Shown: positions 16,809 to 26,855, numbered from the stretch's first letter. The stretch is 64,000 nucleotides of DNA from an uncultured Candidatus Micrarchaeota archaeon (GCA_963741095.1 CAVUGN010000002.1:128001-192000); one strand, 5' to 3'. Numbers and translations are program-made. The notes: a model not told the origin generated them from the sequence alone.

Positions 16809-17183
16809 ATGGATGTTTACGTCAACAAATCGAGATGCACAGGATGCCAGCACTGCAAGGATGTGTGCCCTGTGGCGGTCTACGAGATGAGGGGACGCGG
16901 GGCACCAGATAATCCTAACGCAGAGGGCGCGAACGGCGATTCCGCGCCTGCTGAAGCCAAGTGGACCGGCAAGATCGACCAGGGCGACTTCGACAAGTGG
17001 TCAAAGGTTCAGGACGGCCACAAGCACTTCGCCAAGGACAACGACGGGAACAGCGGCGGGCTGTCCGTCGCGGTGAACGGCTCCTCATGCATACTCTGCC
17101 AGGCATGCCTGATACAGTGCGAGGGAGAATGCATACACATAACCGACGACACCGGCACGAAGTACGTGTCGATATACAAATGA
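16809..17183 (+). CDS. 2[4Fe-4S] ferredoxin with a long internal insertion
   Basis: CTGCQHCKDVCP and CILCQACLIQC; ATG 16809 preceded by GAAGGTG. Confidence 0.88.
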   Translation: MDVYVNKSRCTGCQHCKDVCPVAVYEMRGRGAPDNPNAEGANGDSAPAEAKWTGKIDQGDFDKWSKVQDGHKHFAKDNDGNSGGLSVAVNGSSCILCQACLIQCEGECIHITDDTGTKYVSIYK

Positions 17184-17275
17184 CTGACTTTCTTTGTGAA
17201 AGTTCATTCCTATTTTTAGTAGTTAGGGCGTGCGGCCCTACTCAGAAGTTTTACGCTTTGCGCAGTTGATGCGAC

Positions 17276-19948
17276 ATGATGACACACACGGAAAAGCCGT
17301 TCAGCGACGAGGAGAGCCTTTCCTCGCTGAACACGTACGTCAGGAAGTGGTTCACCAGCAGGTTCACCGAGCTTACGCCGCCGCAGCAGTACACCTTCAA
17401 GCTGATAACCGACAAGGTGAACACGCTTGTCACCGCGCCGACCGGCAGCGGCAAGACACTGTCCGGATTCCTTTCCATAATCAGCAAGCTTTTCGACTAC
17501 AGCCTGAGCGGCAGGCTCGAGGACCGCGTTTATTGCATCTACGTATCCCCTCTCAGGGCGCTGAACAACGACGTCCACAGGAACCTCATGACGCCCTTGG
17601 ATGAGATCTACAAGATGATAACGAAGGACAAGGGGCTGGAGATGCTGAAAAGCAACATAAAGCAGGTCACGATAGCCGTAAGGACGGGCGACACGCCACA
17701 ATCCGAGAGGCGGAAGCAGCTGATCAAGCCACCGAACATACTTGTCACCACCCCGGAGAGCCTGGCCATAATGATAAACTCCGAGAAGTTCGTTGAGAAC
17801 CTCAAGGGCGTCGAGTACTTCATAATAGACGAGATCCACGAGCTCGCGAGCAACAAGCGCGGAGTGCACCTGTCGCTTTCGGTAATGCGGCTGCAGGAGA
17901 TAGCAGGCCATGAGATAACAAAGATAGGGTTGGGCGCAACACTCTATCCCTTGGACGAGGCCGCGCGTTTTCTTGTCGGCTACAAGGACGGCAAGGAGGC
18001 GGACTGCACCATAGTGGATGCATCATGGAGCAAGCGCCTCGAGATAAAGACCATAAGCCCGGTGGCTGATCTCGTCTACACACCAGACGAGGTGGTGGAG
18101 GACGAGACGTACAAGATAGTCAACGACATAATAACCAAGTCAAAATCGACGTTGATATTCACAAACACGAGAAGCGGCACCGAGAGGGTTGTTTTCAACC
18201 TAAAACGCAGGTTCGGCTACGGCGACGAGGACGTCGCGGCGCACCACGGCTCACTGTCAAGGGAATCCAGGCTGGACGTGGAAGAGATGCTAAAGAAGGG
18301 CAAGCTGAAGTGCGCGGTCTCGTCAACAAGCCTCGAATTAGGCGTGGACATAGGGGCGATAGAGAACGTCATACAACTCGGATCGCCGAAGAGCGTGACC
18401 CGGGCGATACAACGCATAGGGCGATCGGGGCACTCATTCAAGTCGGTCGCGAAGGGCGAGGTAATGGTGCTCAACCGCGACGATCTTGTAGAATGCGCGA
18501 TAATGATGGATTCGGTGCTGAAGAAGCACCTCGACTCTTTCGTGGTGCCGAAGAACGCGCTTGACGTGCTCGCACAACACATAATAGGCATGTCCCTGAC
18601 GAAAAAGTGGAACATCGACGAAGCGTACAACCTCATCAGAAGCGTTTATGCCTACCACGACCTTGAGAAGAGCGACTTCATGAGCCTGATCAACTACCTC
18701 GCAGGCAACTACGTGAGCCTCGAGAGCAGAAGGGTGTACGGCAAGATATGGTACGATGAGAAGGAACAGGCCTTCGGCAAGAGGGGCATGCTCGCAAAGG
18801 TCATCTACATGCTCAATCTGGGCACGATACCCGACGAGGTCGCCATTGGCGTCTACGGGCCCAACAAGAAATGGATTGGCAACATAGAAGAGGAATTCCT
18901 CACAAAGCTGAAGCAGGGCGACATATTCGCGCTTGGGGGCAAGCTCTACCAATACGAATACTCGAGAGGCATGACCTGCTACGTGACTGACGCGAAGAGC
19001 AGCACGCCGACAATACCACCTTGGTTCTCCGAACAACTGCCGCTGAGCTTCGAGCTCGCGGAGCAGATAGGCGAATTCAGGGAGAAGTTCTCGGGAATAC
19101 TCAAAAAATACATAAAAAGCAAGAAGCTGAAGCTGCTTTCAGGAGCAGGGAAGATGCCAAAAGAGGTCGACGAATATCTGAGCACTCTCCCTGTCGACGA
19201 GAACTCGAAGAAGGCCCTTTTCGGCTATTTCATGGAACAGCTTTTGTTCGCGAAGGAGGTCCCGAGCAACAAACTAATACTGATAGAAGTCACATCGGAG
19301 CCGTCATCCGAGCTGAACTTCGTGGTCTTCCATTCGCTGTTCGGCAGGCGCGTGAATGACGCGCTGTCAAGGGTCTTCGCCGTCGAGTTAGCAGAGATGA
19401 CTGATAATGACATCGGCATCATGGTGAACGACAACGGTTTCGTCCTGACGAGCGAGGAAGATCTGAGCATAACCGAGCGAACGATAAGGGACATGGTCTC
19501 AGACATAACCGCGATGGGCCTGTCAGAAATGCTGAAGAAAAACATAAGGAAGACCGAACTGATGAAAAGGAAATTCAGGCAGGTCGCAGCTAGGAGTTTC
19601 ATGATACTCCGGAACTACAAGGGCTACAAGATACCTGTAGGAAGGCAACAGGTTAGCGCACAGATGCTCATCAAGGCTGCGGAGGAGGTCGATCCGAACT
19701 TTCCGGTGATAAAAGAGACCTACCGAGAGATACTCAACGAGACCATGGATCTTCCAAGGGCCGAAGCGATACTCTCCGGGCTTACCGCTGGCGCAATAAA
19801 ATTCAAGATAATAAAGACGCAAACCCCATCGCCATTCTCGCACAACATGCTCACCTTCGGAAGTGCTGACGTCATAATGATGCGGGAGCGGCACAAGCAT
19901 CTCCAGGCGTTGCACAAGATGGTCATGGAGAAAATTGGAGAAAAGTAA
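17276..19948 (+). CDS. lhr: Lhr-like SF2 ATP-dependent helicase
   Basis: APTGSGKT, SPLRALNND, TTPESL, DEIH, HHGSLS, TSLELGVD, QRIGRSGH, GTIPD, PPWFSE. Confidence 0.95.
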   Translation: MMTHTEKPFSDEESLSSLNTYVRKWFTSRFTELTPPQQYTFKLITDKVNTLVTAPTGSGKTLSGFLSIISKLFDYSLSGRLEDRVYCIYVSPLRALNNDVHRNLMTPLDEIYKMITKDKGLEMLKSNIKQVTIAVRTGDTPQSERRKQLIKPPNILVTTPESLAIMINSEKFVENLKGVEYFIIDEIHELASNKRGVHLSLSVMRLQEIAGHEITKIGLGATLYPLDEAARFLVGYKDGKEADCTIVDASWSKRLEIKTISPVADLVYTPDEVVEDETYKIVNDIITKSKSTLIFTNTRSGTERVVFNLKRRFGYGDEDVAAHHGSLSRESRLDVEEMLKKGKLKCAVSSTSLELGVDIGAIENVIQLGSPKSVTRAIQRIGRSGHSFKSVAKGEVMVLNRDDLVECAIMMDSVLKKHLDSFVVPKNALDVLAQHIIGMSLTKKWNIDEAYNLIRSVYAYHDLEKSDFMSLINYLAGNYVSLESRRVYGKIWYDEKEQAFGKRGMLAKVIYMLNLGTIPDEVAIGVYGPNKKWIGNIEEEFLTKLKQGDIFALGGKLYQYEYSRGMTCYVTDAKSSTPTIPPWFSEQLPLSFELAEQIGEFREKFSGILKKYIKSKKLKLLSGAGKMPKEVDEYLSTLPVDENSKKALFGYFMEQLLFAKEVPSNKLILIEVTSEPSSELNFVVFHSLFGRRVNDALSRVFAVELAEMTDNDIGIMVNDNGFVLTSEEDLSITERTIRDMVSDITAMGLSEMLKKNIRKTELMKRKFRQVAARSFMILRNYKGYKIPVGRQQVSAQMLIKAAEEVDPNFPVIKETYREILNETMDLPRAEAILSGLTAGAIKFKIIKTQTPSPFSHNMLTFGSADVIMMRERHKHLQALHKMVMEKIGEK

Positions 19949-19952
19949 TGGC

Positions 19953-20693
19953 ATGATGCTCACAGACGATATAGAACTCCTCGATGGAATGCCAATCGCA
20001 TTCATAAAGAGCCTGAACTCGATAGTGGCATCGGATTTCCATCTTGGCTACGAAGGCGCAATGACAAAGAGCGGCGTGTTCGCGCCCAAGGTAAACCTCA
20101 ACAAGATAATGGAAATCCTCGAAAAGGCCATCTCGCGCACCGGCGCGGACAGACTGATAATCGTCGGAGACCTGAAGCACGATTTCTCAAACATCGAATC
20201 TGACGAATTCAACGAACTGTACGATCTGATGGCCTTTCTGAAACGGAAGAAGGTCTCTCCGGTCCTGATAAAAGGAAACCACGATAACTTCGTGGAGCGG
20301 TATCGGGAACCGTTCAATCTCCTCGTCCATGCGAAAGAAGCGGAGATCGGCGGTTATCTGTTCTTTCACGGCGATGAACTGCCGAAGATACCGTCAAAGG
20401 ATCCGACAATGCTCATAATGGGGCAGGAGCATCCCGCCATAAGCATAACCAACAAGGTCGGCAAGCGGGAAAAATTGAAATGCTTCCTTTACGGCGAATA
20501 CAAGCGTCTGCCCCTCCTAGTCCTCCCGGCGATGGGCTATTTCTCCACGGGCACGGACATGAACACGAGCCGCAAGCAACAACTGCTCTCCCCAGTATTC
20601 AAGCACGCCGACATGGACAAAATGCATGCGATAGTCGTTGGCTACGGCTCGACCATGGATTTCGGCGAGGTATCGAAACTGCGAGGCGTCTAG
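19953..20693 (+). CDS. Lhr-associated metallophosphoesterase (MPE, calcineurin-like)
   Basis: SDFHLG, GDLKH, GNHD, HGD, GQEHP, VLPA; directly downstream of lhr. Confidence 0.9.
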   Translation: MMLTDDIELLDGMPIAFIKSLNSIVASDFHLGYEGAMTKSGVFAPKVNLNKIMEILEKAISRTGADRLIIVGDLKHDFSNIESDEFNELYDLMAFLKRKKVSPVLIKGNHDNFVERYREPFNLLVHAKEAEIGGYLFFHGDELPKIPSKDPTMLIMGQEHPAISITNKVGKREKLKCFLYGEYKRLPLLVLPAMGYFSTGTDMNTSRKQQLLSPVFKHADMDKMHAIVVGYGSTMDFGEVSKLRGV

Positions 20694-20695
20694 GA

Positions 20696-22159
20696 TCAGA
20701 TGTAGAACAACCACGGCAGCGCATTTATTACGATCCCGGCGACTATCAGTGCGATGAGGAGCGAAACAAATTTCTTGTTCTTTATATTCACGACGTATAT
20801 CCGATATCCGTCAAGCCCCGGTATCGGCAGCAGGTTCACGACGGCAACTAGAAAGTTCAAGAGCATCGACAGCGCGACAAGCGTGTAAACGAAATAGACG
20901 GCTTTTGCATAAGGCGTCTCTATTATCGGCTGATAGCCCAAAGAGACTCCGATCACTCCCCTTGAGGAATTTCCCGCCTCGGGCACAGCTGTGAACACAA
21001 AGGTGCCCGCATTCGTCCTGACGGCAACCGAGCTCCCGGGGCTGGTCTGTATGCCAGCTTTCTCAAGGTCGCTGATGTTATTGATGGCGATACCCTTCCA
21101 TTCCAAGATCTGCATTCCGCTTTTAAGCACGCCGTTCGCCGGGTATCCGGGAGTCGTTCCCGTGACGAACACCCCGTAAGGATACGCGCTCGGCACCACG
21201 TAATTCAGCATCAGGAACAGAAGCACGAAAAAGAACAACGTCGCAATGAAGTTTGCCGAGATCCCGGCGGAGAATATTTTAGTCTGCTTCAGGCTGTCCA
21301 GCTTTTTGACCATTCGCTCGTCAGGCTCAACGTACCCGCCGATCGGTATTATACCAAAGACCAGGAGGCCTATCGATTTCAGTTTTACCTTCGCCATCCT
21401 CGAAAGCACGCCGTGGGAAAACTCGTGTATCACCAAGAGTATTACCAGTGACACCAGCCCCGCTACGAGCGGTATGTTCCAACCAGGTATTATCGGAGCC
21501 ACACCCGGAACCTGATTGGTCAGCGTGGACGTGTTTATCGCCCCAGAAAAATAGCTTATCAGAAATTGCGCTATGCCCACAAGTATCGAAGCGGCGTTCG
21601 CCAATACGGACACGAATATGTATCCGGAGAACCCGAAGACGACCGTGAGCGCCAGCAGTGCATAAGACAGAAGGTTGGCTTCCGGCTGCAGGGACGAAGC
21701 CTGGCTGGAAACGGCGCCCTGAAGCTTCGGCATGTTTATGAATTGGAACGCGACCGAGAGATACGGCTGGACGAAAATAACCATGAACACCAAAGACAGA
21801 ATCCCGAAAACCAGCACCCGTTTGTCCATCCTGCCTTTCAGCAGCGGGTACGCCATCAATCCAAAGCCGAGCGTCAGGCCCCATATCGCCATTGCATCCC
21901 AGAACTTCCTGTTGTTCTTTGATACGGCGTCTATGGTCTTCAGCCCTCTCTTGCTGCCTATCATGTACAGCCCGTCGACGCCTTCGAGCCCCATCACCCT
22001 CTGTATCGCCAAGCCCGAAACTACCAGCGCCGCAAAAGCCAGCCCTACGCGTATGTAGATGGAAACGGAACTGGCGGAGTAAAGAAGGGCAAACACCCCG
22101 ACGGTAGCAAGAAATACCCCAGCAACGCCTGCACGGCTGTTTAGTTTCCCCATGGCCAC
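20696..22159 (-). CDS. Site-2 intramembrane metalloprotease (M50) with PDZ-like insert
   Basis: HEFSHG, AGISAN, NLLPIPGLDG, multiple TM helices, GYPANGVLKSG. Confidence 0.93.
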   Translation of the reverse strand: MAMGKLNSRAGVAGVFLATVGVFALLYSASSVSIYIRVGLAFAALVVSGLAIQRVMGLEGVDGLYMIGSKRGLKTIDAVSKNNRKFWDAMAIWGLTLGFGLMAYPLLKGRMDKRVLVFGILSLVFMVIFVQPYLSVAFQFINMPKLQGAVSSQASSLQPEANLLSYALLALTVVFGFSGYIFVSVLANAASILVGIAQFLISYFSGAINTSTLTNQVPGVAPIIPGWNIPLVAGLVSLVILLVIHEFSHGVLSRMAKVKLKSIGLLVFGIIPIGGYVEPDERMVKKLDSLKQTKIFSAGISANFIATLFFFVLLFLMLNYVVPSAYPYGVFVTGTTPGYPANGVLKSGMQILEWKGIAINNISDLEKAGIQTSPGSSVAVRTNAGTFVFTAVPEAGNSSRGVIGVSLGYQPIIETPYAKAVYFVYTLVALSMLLNFLVAVVNLLPIPGLDGYRIYVVNIKNKKFVSLLIALIVAGIVINALPWLFYI

Positions 22160-22261
22160 CCCTAATAATTCTAAAGTTGTATTATAAATAACGTGCGGGG
22201 CGGGACTTGGCAGTTTGACGAACCCCCCAGTCAGATATAAAAAGTCAAAAACCCAAATAAT

Positions 22262-22861
22262 ATGGGGGTTACATTAACGGAGAATGATAGTGAAACAGGG
22301 CAGCTGCTTTCAGAACAGGCAAGGGCAATCATGGCTGCCCTCCCAAAGGATCTCCAGGACGAATTCTACGATTTCCTCCTAAACATAAAAGGCACAAAGT
22401 TTTTCAAGCCAGACGGGAGGCCAAATCCGGAATGGAAGGTCTTCTACGGCAGCACCATTGCAGAAGCCTGGGAAACCGCGCTTGACGCTGCACGGGCGGA
22501 GGCATGGGATGCTGCGAAGAACACTGCACTGGTCACCGTAAGAGATGCCGCATGGACCTCCGCATTCGGCGCAGCCCGCGATGCCGCGCATGACGCATCA
22601 AGAAGCAGGGCATGGAGCGTCGCCTGGGATACCGTCCGCGACATCGTGTGGGCAACTGCATCTGACGCCGCAAGGGTCGCGGCGGGCGATGCGGTGCTCG
22701 ATGCGGCCCTGATGGCTCAATTGATAGTCGTGAAAGACCTGGATTTTGACGAAAAGGAGAGCCACCTGAGGCACACCGCCGAAAGAATAGAAGCATGGCG
22801 GAAGGGGTATGGCGTCGCCGCGGATGTCAACGGCATCCTTTATGTTTACTGCGTCAGGTAG
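22262..22861 (+). CDS. Hypothetical protein with (W/R)DAA tetrapeptide helical repeats
   Basis: AW-ETAL-DAAR-AEAW-DAAK...RDAAW...RDAAHDA...; own TATA-like box (GATATAAAAA at about 22234). Confidence 0.7.
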   Translation: MGVTLTENDSETGQLLSEQARAIMAALPKDLQDEFYDFLLNIKGTKFFKPDGRPNPEWKVFYGSTIAEAWETALDAARAEAWDAAKNTALVTVRDAAWTSAFGAARDAAHDASRSRAWSVAWDTVRDIVWATASDAARVAAGDAVLDAALMAQLIVVKDLDFDEKESHLRHTAERIEAWRKGYGVAADVNGILYVYCVR

Positions 22862-22932
22862 ATCCGGCATGAATTAAACGAAACACCGTGAAAGTATTTT
22901 AGCTTTGCTTGACCAAATATGAATGTGGTATC

Positions 22933-23382
22933 ATGGAGGAGTGCGAGCTCTGTGGGGCGCAGACCAAAAGTGCGTACGTCGTCAATGTCGAGGACGTAGA
23001 GCTGAGGGTGTGCGCAAAATGCGCGCAGGGGAAGCGCGTAATATCAAATCCAGGCTACAAACTTGATACTGGCAAAAGCCCTTCGCGCCCAAAGCGCGAA
23101 GAGGACCTGCCGCTCGTGGAGGATTACGGTAAGGTCATCCGCGCGGCCAGGGACCGCATGGACCTGCCAATGAAGGTGCTCGCGGAGCTGCTGAACGAGA
23201 AGGAAACTCTGCTCTCAAGGGTGGAGCAGCAGAGCACCCTGCCTACAGTGAAGCTCACGAAGAAGCTTGAAAAAGCGTTGGGCATAAAGCTGATCGATGT
23301 CACCGCCGATACAGAGACCGGATCCTCTTCATCGGCAAGGAAGAGCGGCATCACGCTGGGAGACTTTGTAAATTCAAAATAG
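22933..23382 (+). CDS. Multiprotein bridging factor aMBF1 (Zn ribbon + HTH)
   Basis: MEECELCG...VCAKCA, LVEDYG.VIRAAR, KLEKALGIKL, TLGD. Confidence 0.92.
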   Translation: MEECELCGAQTKSAYVVNVEDVELRVCAKCAQGKRVISNPGYKLDTGKSPSRPKREEDLPLVEDYGKVIRAARDRMDLPMKVLAELLNEKETLLSRVEQQSTLPTVKLTKKLEKALGIKLIDVTADTETGSSSSARKSGITLGDFVNSK

Positions 23383-23388
23383 GATCAA

Positions 23389-24438
23389 ATGTCAGTGGAT
23401 CTGAGCAAGCTAGTCTCCAAACGGAAGCTGGACCTGGCCGAGCTCAATGGGAAGTCGATAGCGATCGACGCGTACAACGTCCTCTACCAGTTCCTATCGA
23501 TAATAAGGCAGCCTGACGGCACCCCGCTGATGGACACGCACGGCAACGTGACGAGCCACCTGTCCGGCATACTGTATCGTACCGTAGAGATACTGGGCTA
23601 TGGGATAAAGCCGATCTACGTGTTCGACGGCATACCATCCATGCTGAAGCAGAGGACCATAGAGGCCAGAATGCAGCGCAGGAAAGAAGCCTTCGATGCA
23701 TGGCAAGAGGCGAAGCAGGCTGGCGACATCGAAGCCGCAAAGTCCCACGCGCAGGCAAGCACAAGGGTCGACAAGAACATAGTCGCAAGCTCAAAGAAAT
23801 TGCTGGAGCTGATGGGCATACCCTACATAAACGCGCCGAGCGAAGGGGAGGCGCAGGCGAGCTGCATGTGCAAAGATGGTCTGGTCTACGCCGCAGCCAG
23901 CCAGGACTACGATACGATGCTGTTCGGCTCCACCTACGTCGTGAGGAACCTGACTTTCAGCGGCAGGAGGAAGCTCCCCGGCAAGAACGTTTACGTGAAC
24001 GTGGAGCCCGAGATAATGAGCTTTGAGGATACGCTAAAGGCGCTGGGGCTCAACCAGCGGCAGCTGATATGGCTCGGAATACTTCTCGGCACTGATTTCA
24101 ACATGGGGATAAAGGGCGTAGGCCCAAAGACCGCACTGAAGATCGCTGGCGCATCGAAGAGCATAGAGGACGTCGAGAAGCAGGTGCAAGCGAAGTTCAA
24201 GATGGGATTCGAGACGAACATAAAGGAGGTCGAGGACCTGTTCCTGCATCCCGAAGTGAGCAAGATAAACAGCACCGAGTTGACATCAATGTTCGACGCG
24301 TCGTACGATCGGAACGGCATACTCGAATTCATGTGCAAGGAGCACGACTTCTCGAACGAAAGGATAGAAAAGTCGGTGGACAAGCTCGCCAGTTTCAAGA
24401 ACCAATCCAGGCAGAAGGGAATGGACAAGTGGCTATAA
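23389..24438 (+). CDS. fen: Flap endonuclease 1
   Basis: IDAYNVLYQFLSIIRQPDGTPL, APSEGEAQA, SQDYD, GTDFN, PIP box QKGMDKW. Confidence 0.97.
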   Translation: MSVDLSKLVSKRKLDLAELNGKSIAIDAYNVLYQFLSIIRQPDGTPLMDTHGNVTSHLSGILYRTVEILGYGIKPIYVFDGIPSMLKQRTIEARMQRRKEAFDAWQEAKQAGDIEAAKSHAQASTRVDKNIVASSKKLLELMGIPYINAPSEGEAQASCMCKDGLVYAAASQDYDTMLFGSTYVVRNLTFSGRRKLPGKNVYVNVEPEIMSFEDTLKALGLNQRQLIWLGILLGTDFNMGIKGVGPKTALKIAGASKSIEDVEKQVQAKFKMGFETNIKEVEDLFLHPEVSKINSTELTSMFDASYDRNGILEFMCKEHDFSNERIEKSVDKLASFKNQSRQKGMDKWL

Positions 24439-24440
24439 CG

Positions 24441-25031
24441 TCATGATATGTCCAGGTACGCCTGGTTGTTGAATTCATAGACCGTCGTGTCGTCATCTAT
24501 GCTCAACGAGGCTATCAAAGACTCCTTGCTGCTGAATTCCCTGATCCCGCTACCCATGTCATACCTGTAGATCTTGTCATCGAAAGTGCAATAAACGAAG
24601 GTGCTGAAGTTCTCGTCCTTCATCCTGACAAGCACTTTGGCAGATGGGTTTCCCAACGCGACGAGGATGCTGCACAGCAATATGTTCTTGTCTATCATGT
24701 CGCCCATGCCATAGGTGAGCGTGTCTTTTGGCGAGAGCCAGAACTCCAGAGGCAGCACTGCATCCTCTATGCTCCTTCTCACAAACGAGAACGCGGTGCT
24801 GGAAGCCTGGTAGAAGTCCCTTTCATAGGTGTAGCCCTCAAAACCCGCCTTTATCTCCGCGGCCTTTTTCACCACCGCCTCGTCCTTCGGCGTCACGAGC
24901 GTGGGCAGTTCGGCAACGGACAGGCCCTCCTTCTCCTGAATGTACTCCTTGTACCGGGATATGATCGCGAGGTACAGCTGGTTGAGCTTTTCCAGCCTTT
25001 CCACCTCGTTTCCATCCCCTCGAACCGCCAT
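24441..25031 (-). CDS. Transglutaminase-like fold protein, apparently lacking the catalytic Cys
   Basis: FWLSPKDTL..GMGDMIDKNILLCSILVALG resembles W..P.ETL...GDCED.A.LL.SLL.ALG. Confidence 0.65.
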   Translation of the reverse strand: MAVRGDGNEVERLEKLNQLYLAIISRYKEYIQEKEGLSVAELPTLVTPKDEAVVKKAAEIKAGFEGYTYERDFYQASSTAFSFVRRSIEDAVLPLEFWLSPKDTLTYGMGDMIDKNILLCSILVALGNPSAKVLVRMKDENFSTFVYCTFDDKIYRYDMGSGIREFSSKESLIASLSIDDDTTVYEFNNQAYLDIS

Positions 25032-25115
25032 TTTCCCCTCCGATTAGTTATCGCAGCAAAGCGATAAAATATCTCCCATTGATATAAAGACGGGGTTGCC
25101 AAAGCGTGTTCACCG

Positions 25116-26849
25116 ATGGAGAACAAGGAGATAGCGGATCTGTTCAACGAGATAGCGGCGATGCTCAGCATCGAGGAGACTCCGAGCTCGAAGTTCGAGA
25201 TAAGGGCCTACCAGAAAGCAGCACTCACCATAGGCACGCTGCAGGAAGCTGTGGAGGACATCTACAAGAAAGGCGGCCTCACCGCGCTCATGGAGCTGCC
25301 CGGAATAGGGAAAGGGCTTGCGGCGAAGATCGAAGAGTACGTAAAGACCGGAAAAATCAGGAAGTACGAAGAGCTGAAGAAAAAATACCCGATAGACATA
25401 AAGCAGCTCACGAGCATTGCCGGCCTGGGCGCGAAGAAGGCGGCCAGACTTTACAAGGAGCTCAAGGTAAAGGACATCGCCACGCTCAAGAAGGCGATAG
25501 ACCAGCACAAGATAAGCAAGCTGGAAGGCTTCGGCATCAAAAGCGAGGAGGTGCTGGGCAAGGGAATAACCCTCCTCGAAGCCGGCAAGGGCAGGCTTCT
25601 GCTCGGAGACGCATTGCCCATGGCCGAGGAGATTGTCTCGCAATTGAAGAAGAGCAGTCTGGTCGAAAGGGCAGTGATCGCGGGCTCCGCAAGGCGCATG
25701 CGAGAGACCGTTGGCGATCTTGACATACTTGCGCTGTCCGACAAGGGCGAGGCGGTGATAGACCTCTTCACCAAGCTCCCGGAGGTGTCGAACATCGTGG
25801 TGAAGGGCCCCACAAAGGCGACCGTGTGGCTGAAGATGGGCATCAGCTGCGACCTGCGCGTCATAGCTCCAGAAAGCTTCGGCGCTGCGCTGCAGTACTT
25901 CACCGGAAACAAGGACCACAACATACAAGTCAGAAAGATAGCGATAGGCAAGGGCTACAAGCTGAACGAGTACGGTCTGTTCGACAAGAAGAACAGGATA
26001 CTCCCGACCAAGAACGAGGAAGAGATCTACGAAAGGCTCGGCATGCAGTACATGCCTCCCGAGATGCGCGAGTCAAGGGGCGAGGTGAAGCTTGCGCTGG
26101 AGCACAGAATACCTAAGATTGTCGAACTCGATGACCTAAGGGGGGACATGCACCTCCACTCAAACGAATCCACAGATGCCTCAAGTACGATCGAGGAGAT
26201 GGTTCAGGCGGCAATCAAGGCAAAGTTAGAATATTTCGCAAGCACGAACCACACGAAAAGCCTCCGAATCGTAAACGGCATGGACGATAAGAAGTTTGCC
26301 GAGTTCTTCAAAAAGGTCGACAGGCTGAACGATTCGATGGGGGGAAAGTTCAGGATATTGAAAGGAGCGGAGGTCGATATACTGAAAGACGGGTCCCTTG
26401 ATCTCAGCAAAGAAACGCTCAAGGGAATGGACTATGCGCTAGGAGCTGTGCACTCATCATTCAACATGACCGAAGACGAGATGACATCCAGAATAACGAA
26501 GGCCATGGATTCCGGACTCATAAACGCGCTCGCGCATCCCACTGGCAGGGAGATTGGGATAAGAGAAGCGTATCCGCTTAACATGGAAAAGGTTTTCGAG
26601 GCCGCAGAGCGCAACAATGTAGCCCTCGAAATAAATTCCCAGCCCCTCCGGCTCGATCTGAACGACACAAATATAATGAAAGCTTCTCAGTACAAGGTCA
26701 AATTCTCGATAGGCAGCGATTCCCACATAACCTCACAGATAGGTTTCCTGAAGTACGGCGTTGCCACCGCAAGAAGAGGCTGGCTTACAAAAGATAGGAT
26801 AGTGAACACCATGCCGCTGAAGGAAATAACAAAATTGCTTTCGAAATAA
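25116..26849 (+). CDS. polX: DNA polymerase X with PHP domain
   Basis: LPGIGKG HhH, AGSARRMRETVGDLD, DLR, ALQYFTG, LNEYG; PHP GDMHLHS, AHPTGR, GSDSH. Confidence 0.96.
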   Translation: MENKEIADLFNEIAAMLSIEETPSSKFEIRAYQKAALTIGTLQEAVEDIYKKGGLTALMELPGIGKGLAAKIEEYVKTGKIRKYEELKKKYPIDIKQLTSIAGLGAKKAARLYKELKVKDIATLKKAIDQHKISKLEGFGIKSEEVLGKGITLLEAGKGRLLLGDALPMAEEIVSQLKKSSLVERAVIAGSARRMRETVGDLDILALSDKGEAVIDLFTKLPEVSNIVVKGPTKATVWLKMGISCDLRVIAPESFGAALQYFTGNKDHNIQVRKIAIGKGYKLNEYGLFDKKNRILPTKNEEEIYERLGMQYMPPEMRESRGEVKLALEHRIPKIVELDDLRGDMHLHSNESTDASSTIEEMVQAAIKAKLEYFASTNHTKSLRIVNGMDDKKFAEFFKKVDRLNDSMGGKFRILKGAEVDILKDGSLDLSKETLKGMDYALGAVHSSFNMTEDEMTSRITKAMDSGLINALAHPTGREIGIREAYPLNMEKVFEAAERNNVALEINSQPLRLDLNDTNIMKASQYKVKFSIGSDSHITSQIGFLKYGVATARRGWLTKDRIVNTMPLKEITKLLSK

Positions 26850-26855
26850 CTTCTT

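Noticed and set aside
22262-22861. Repeat gene as a DGR target or CRISPR-like array
   Set aside because: The periodicity is at protein level only. There is no reverse transcriptase, template repeat or spaced identical DNA repeats.
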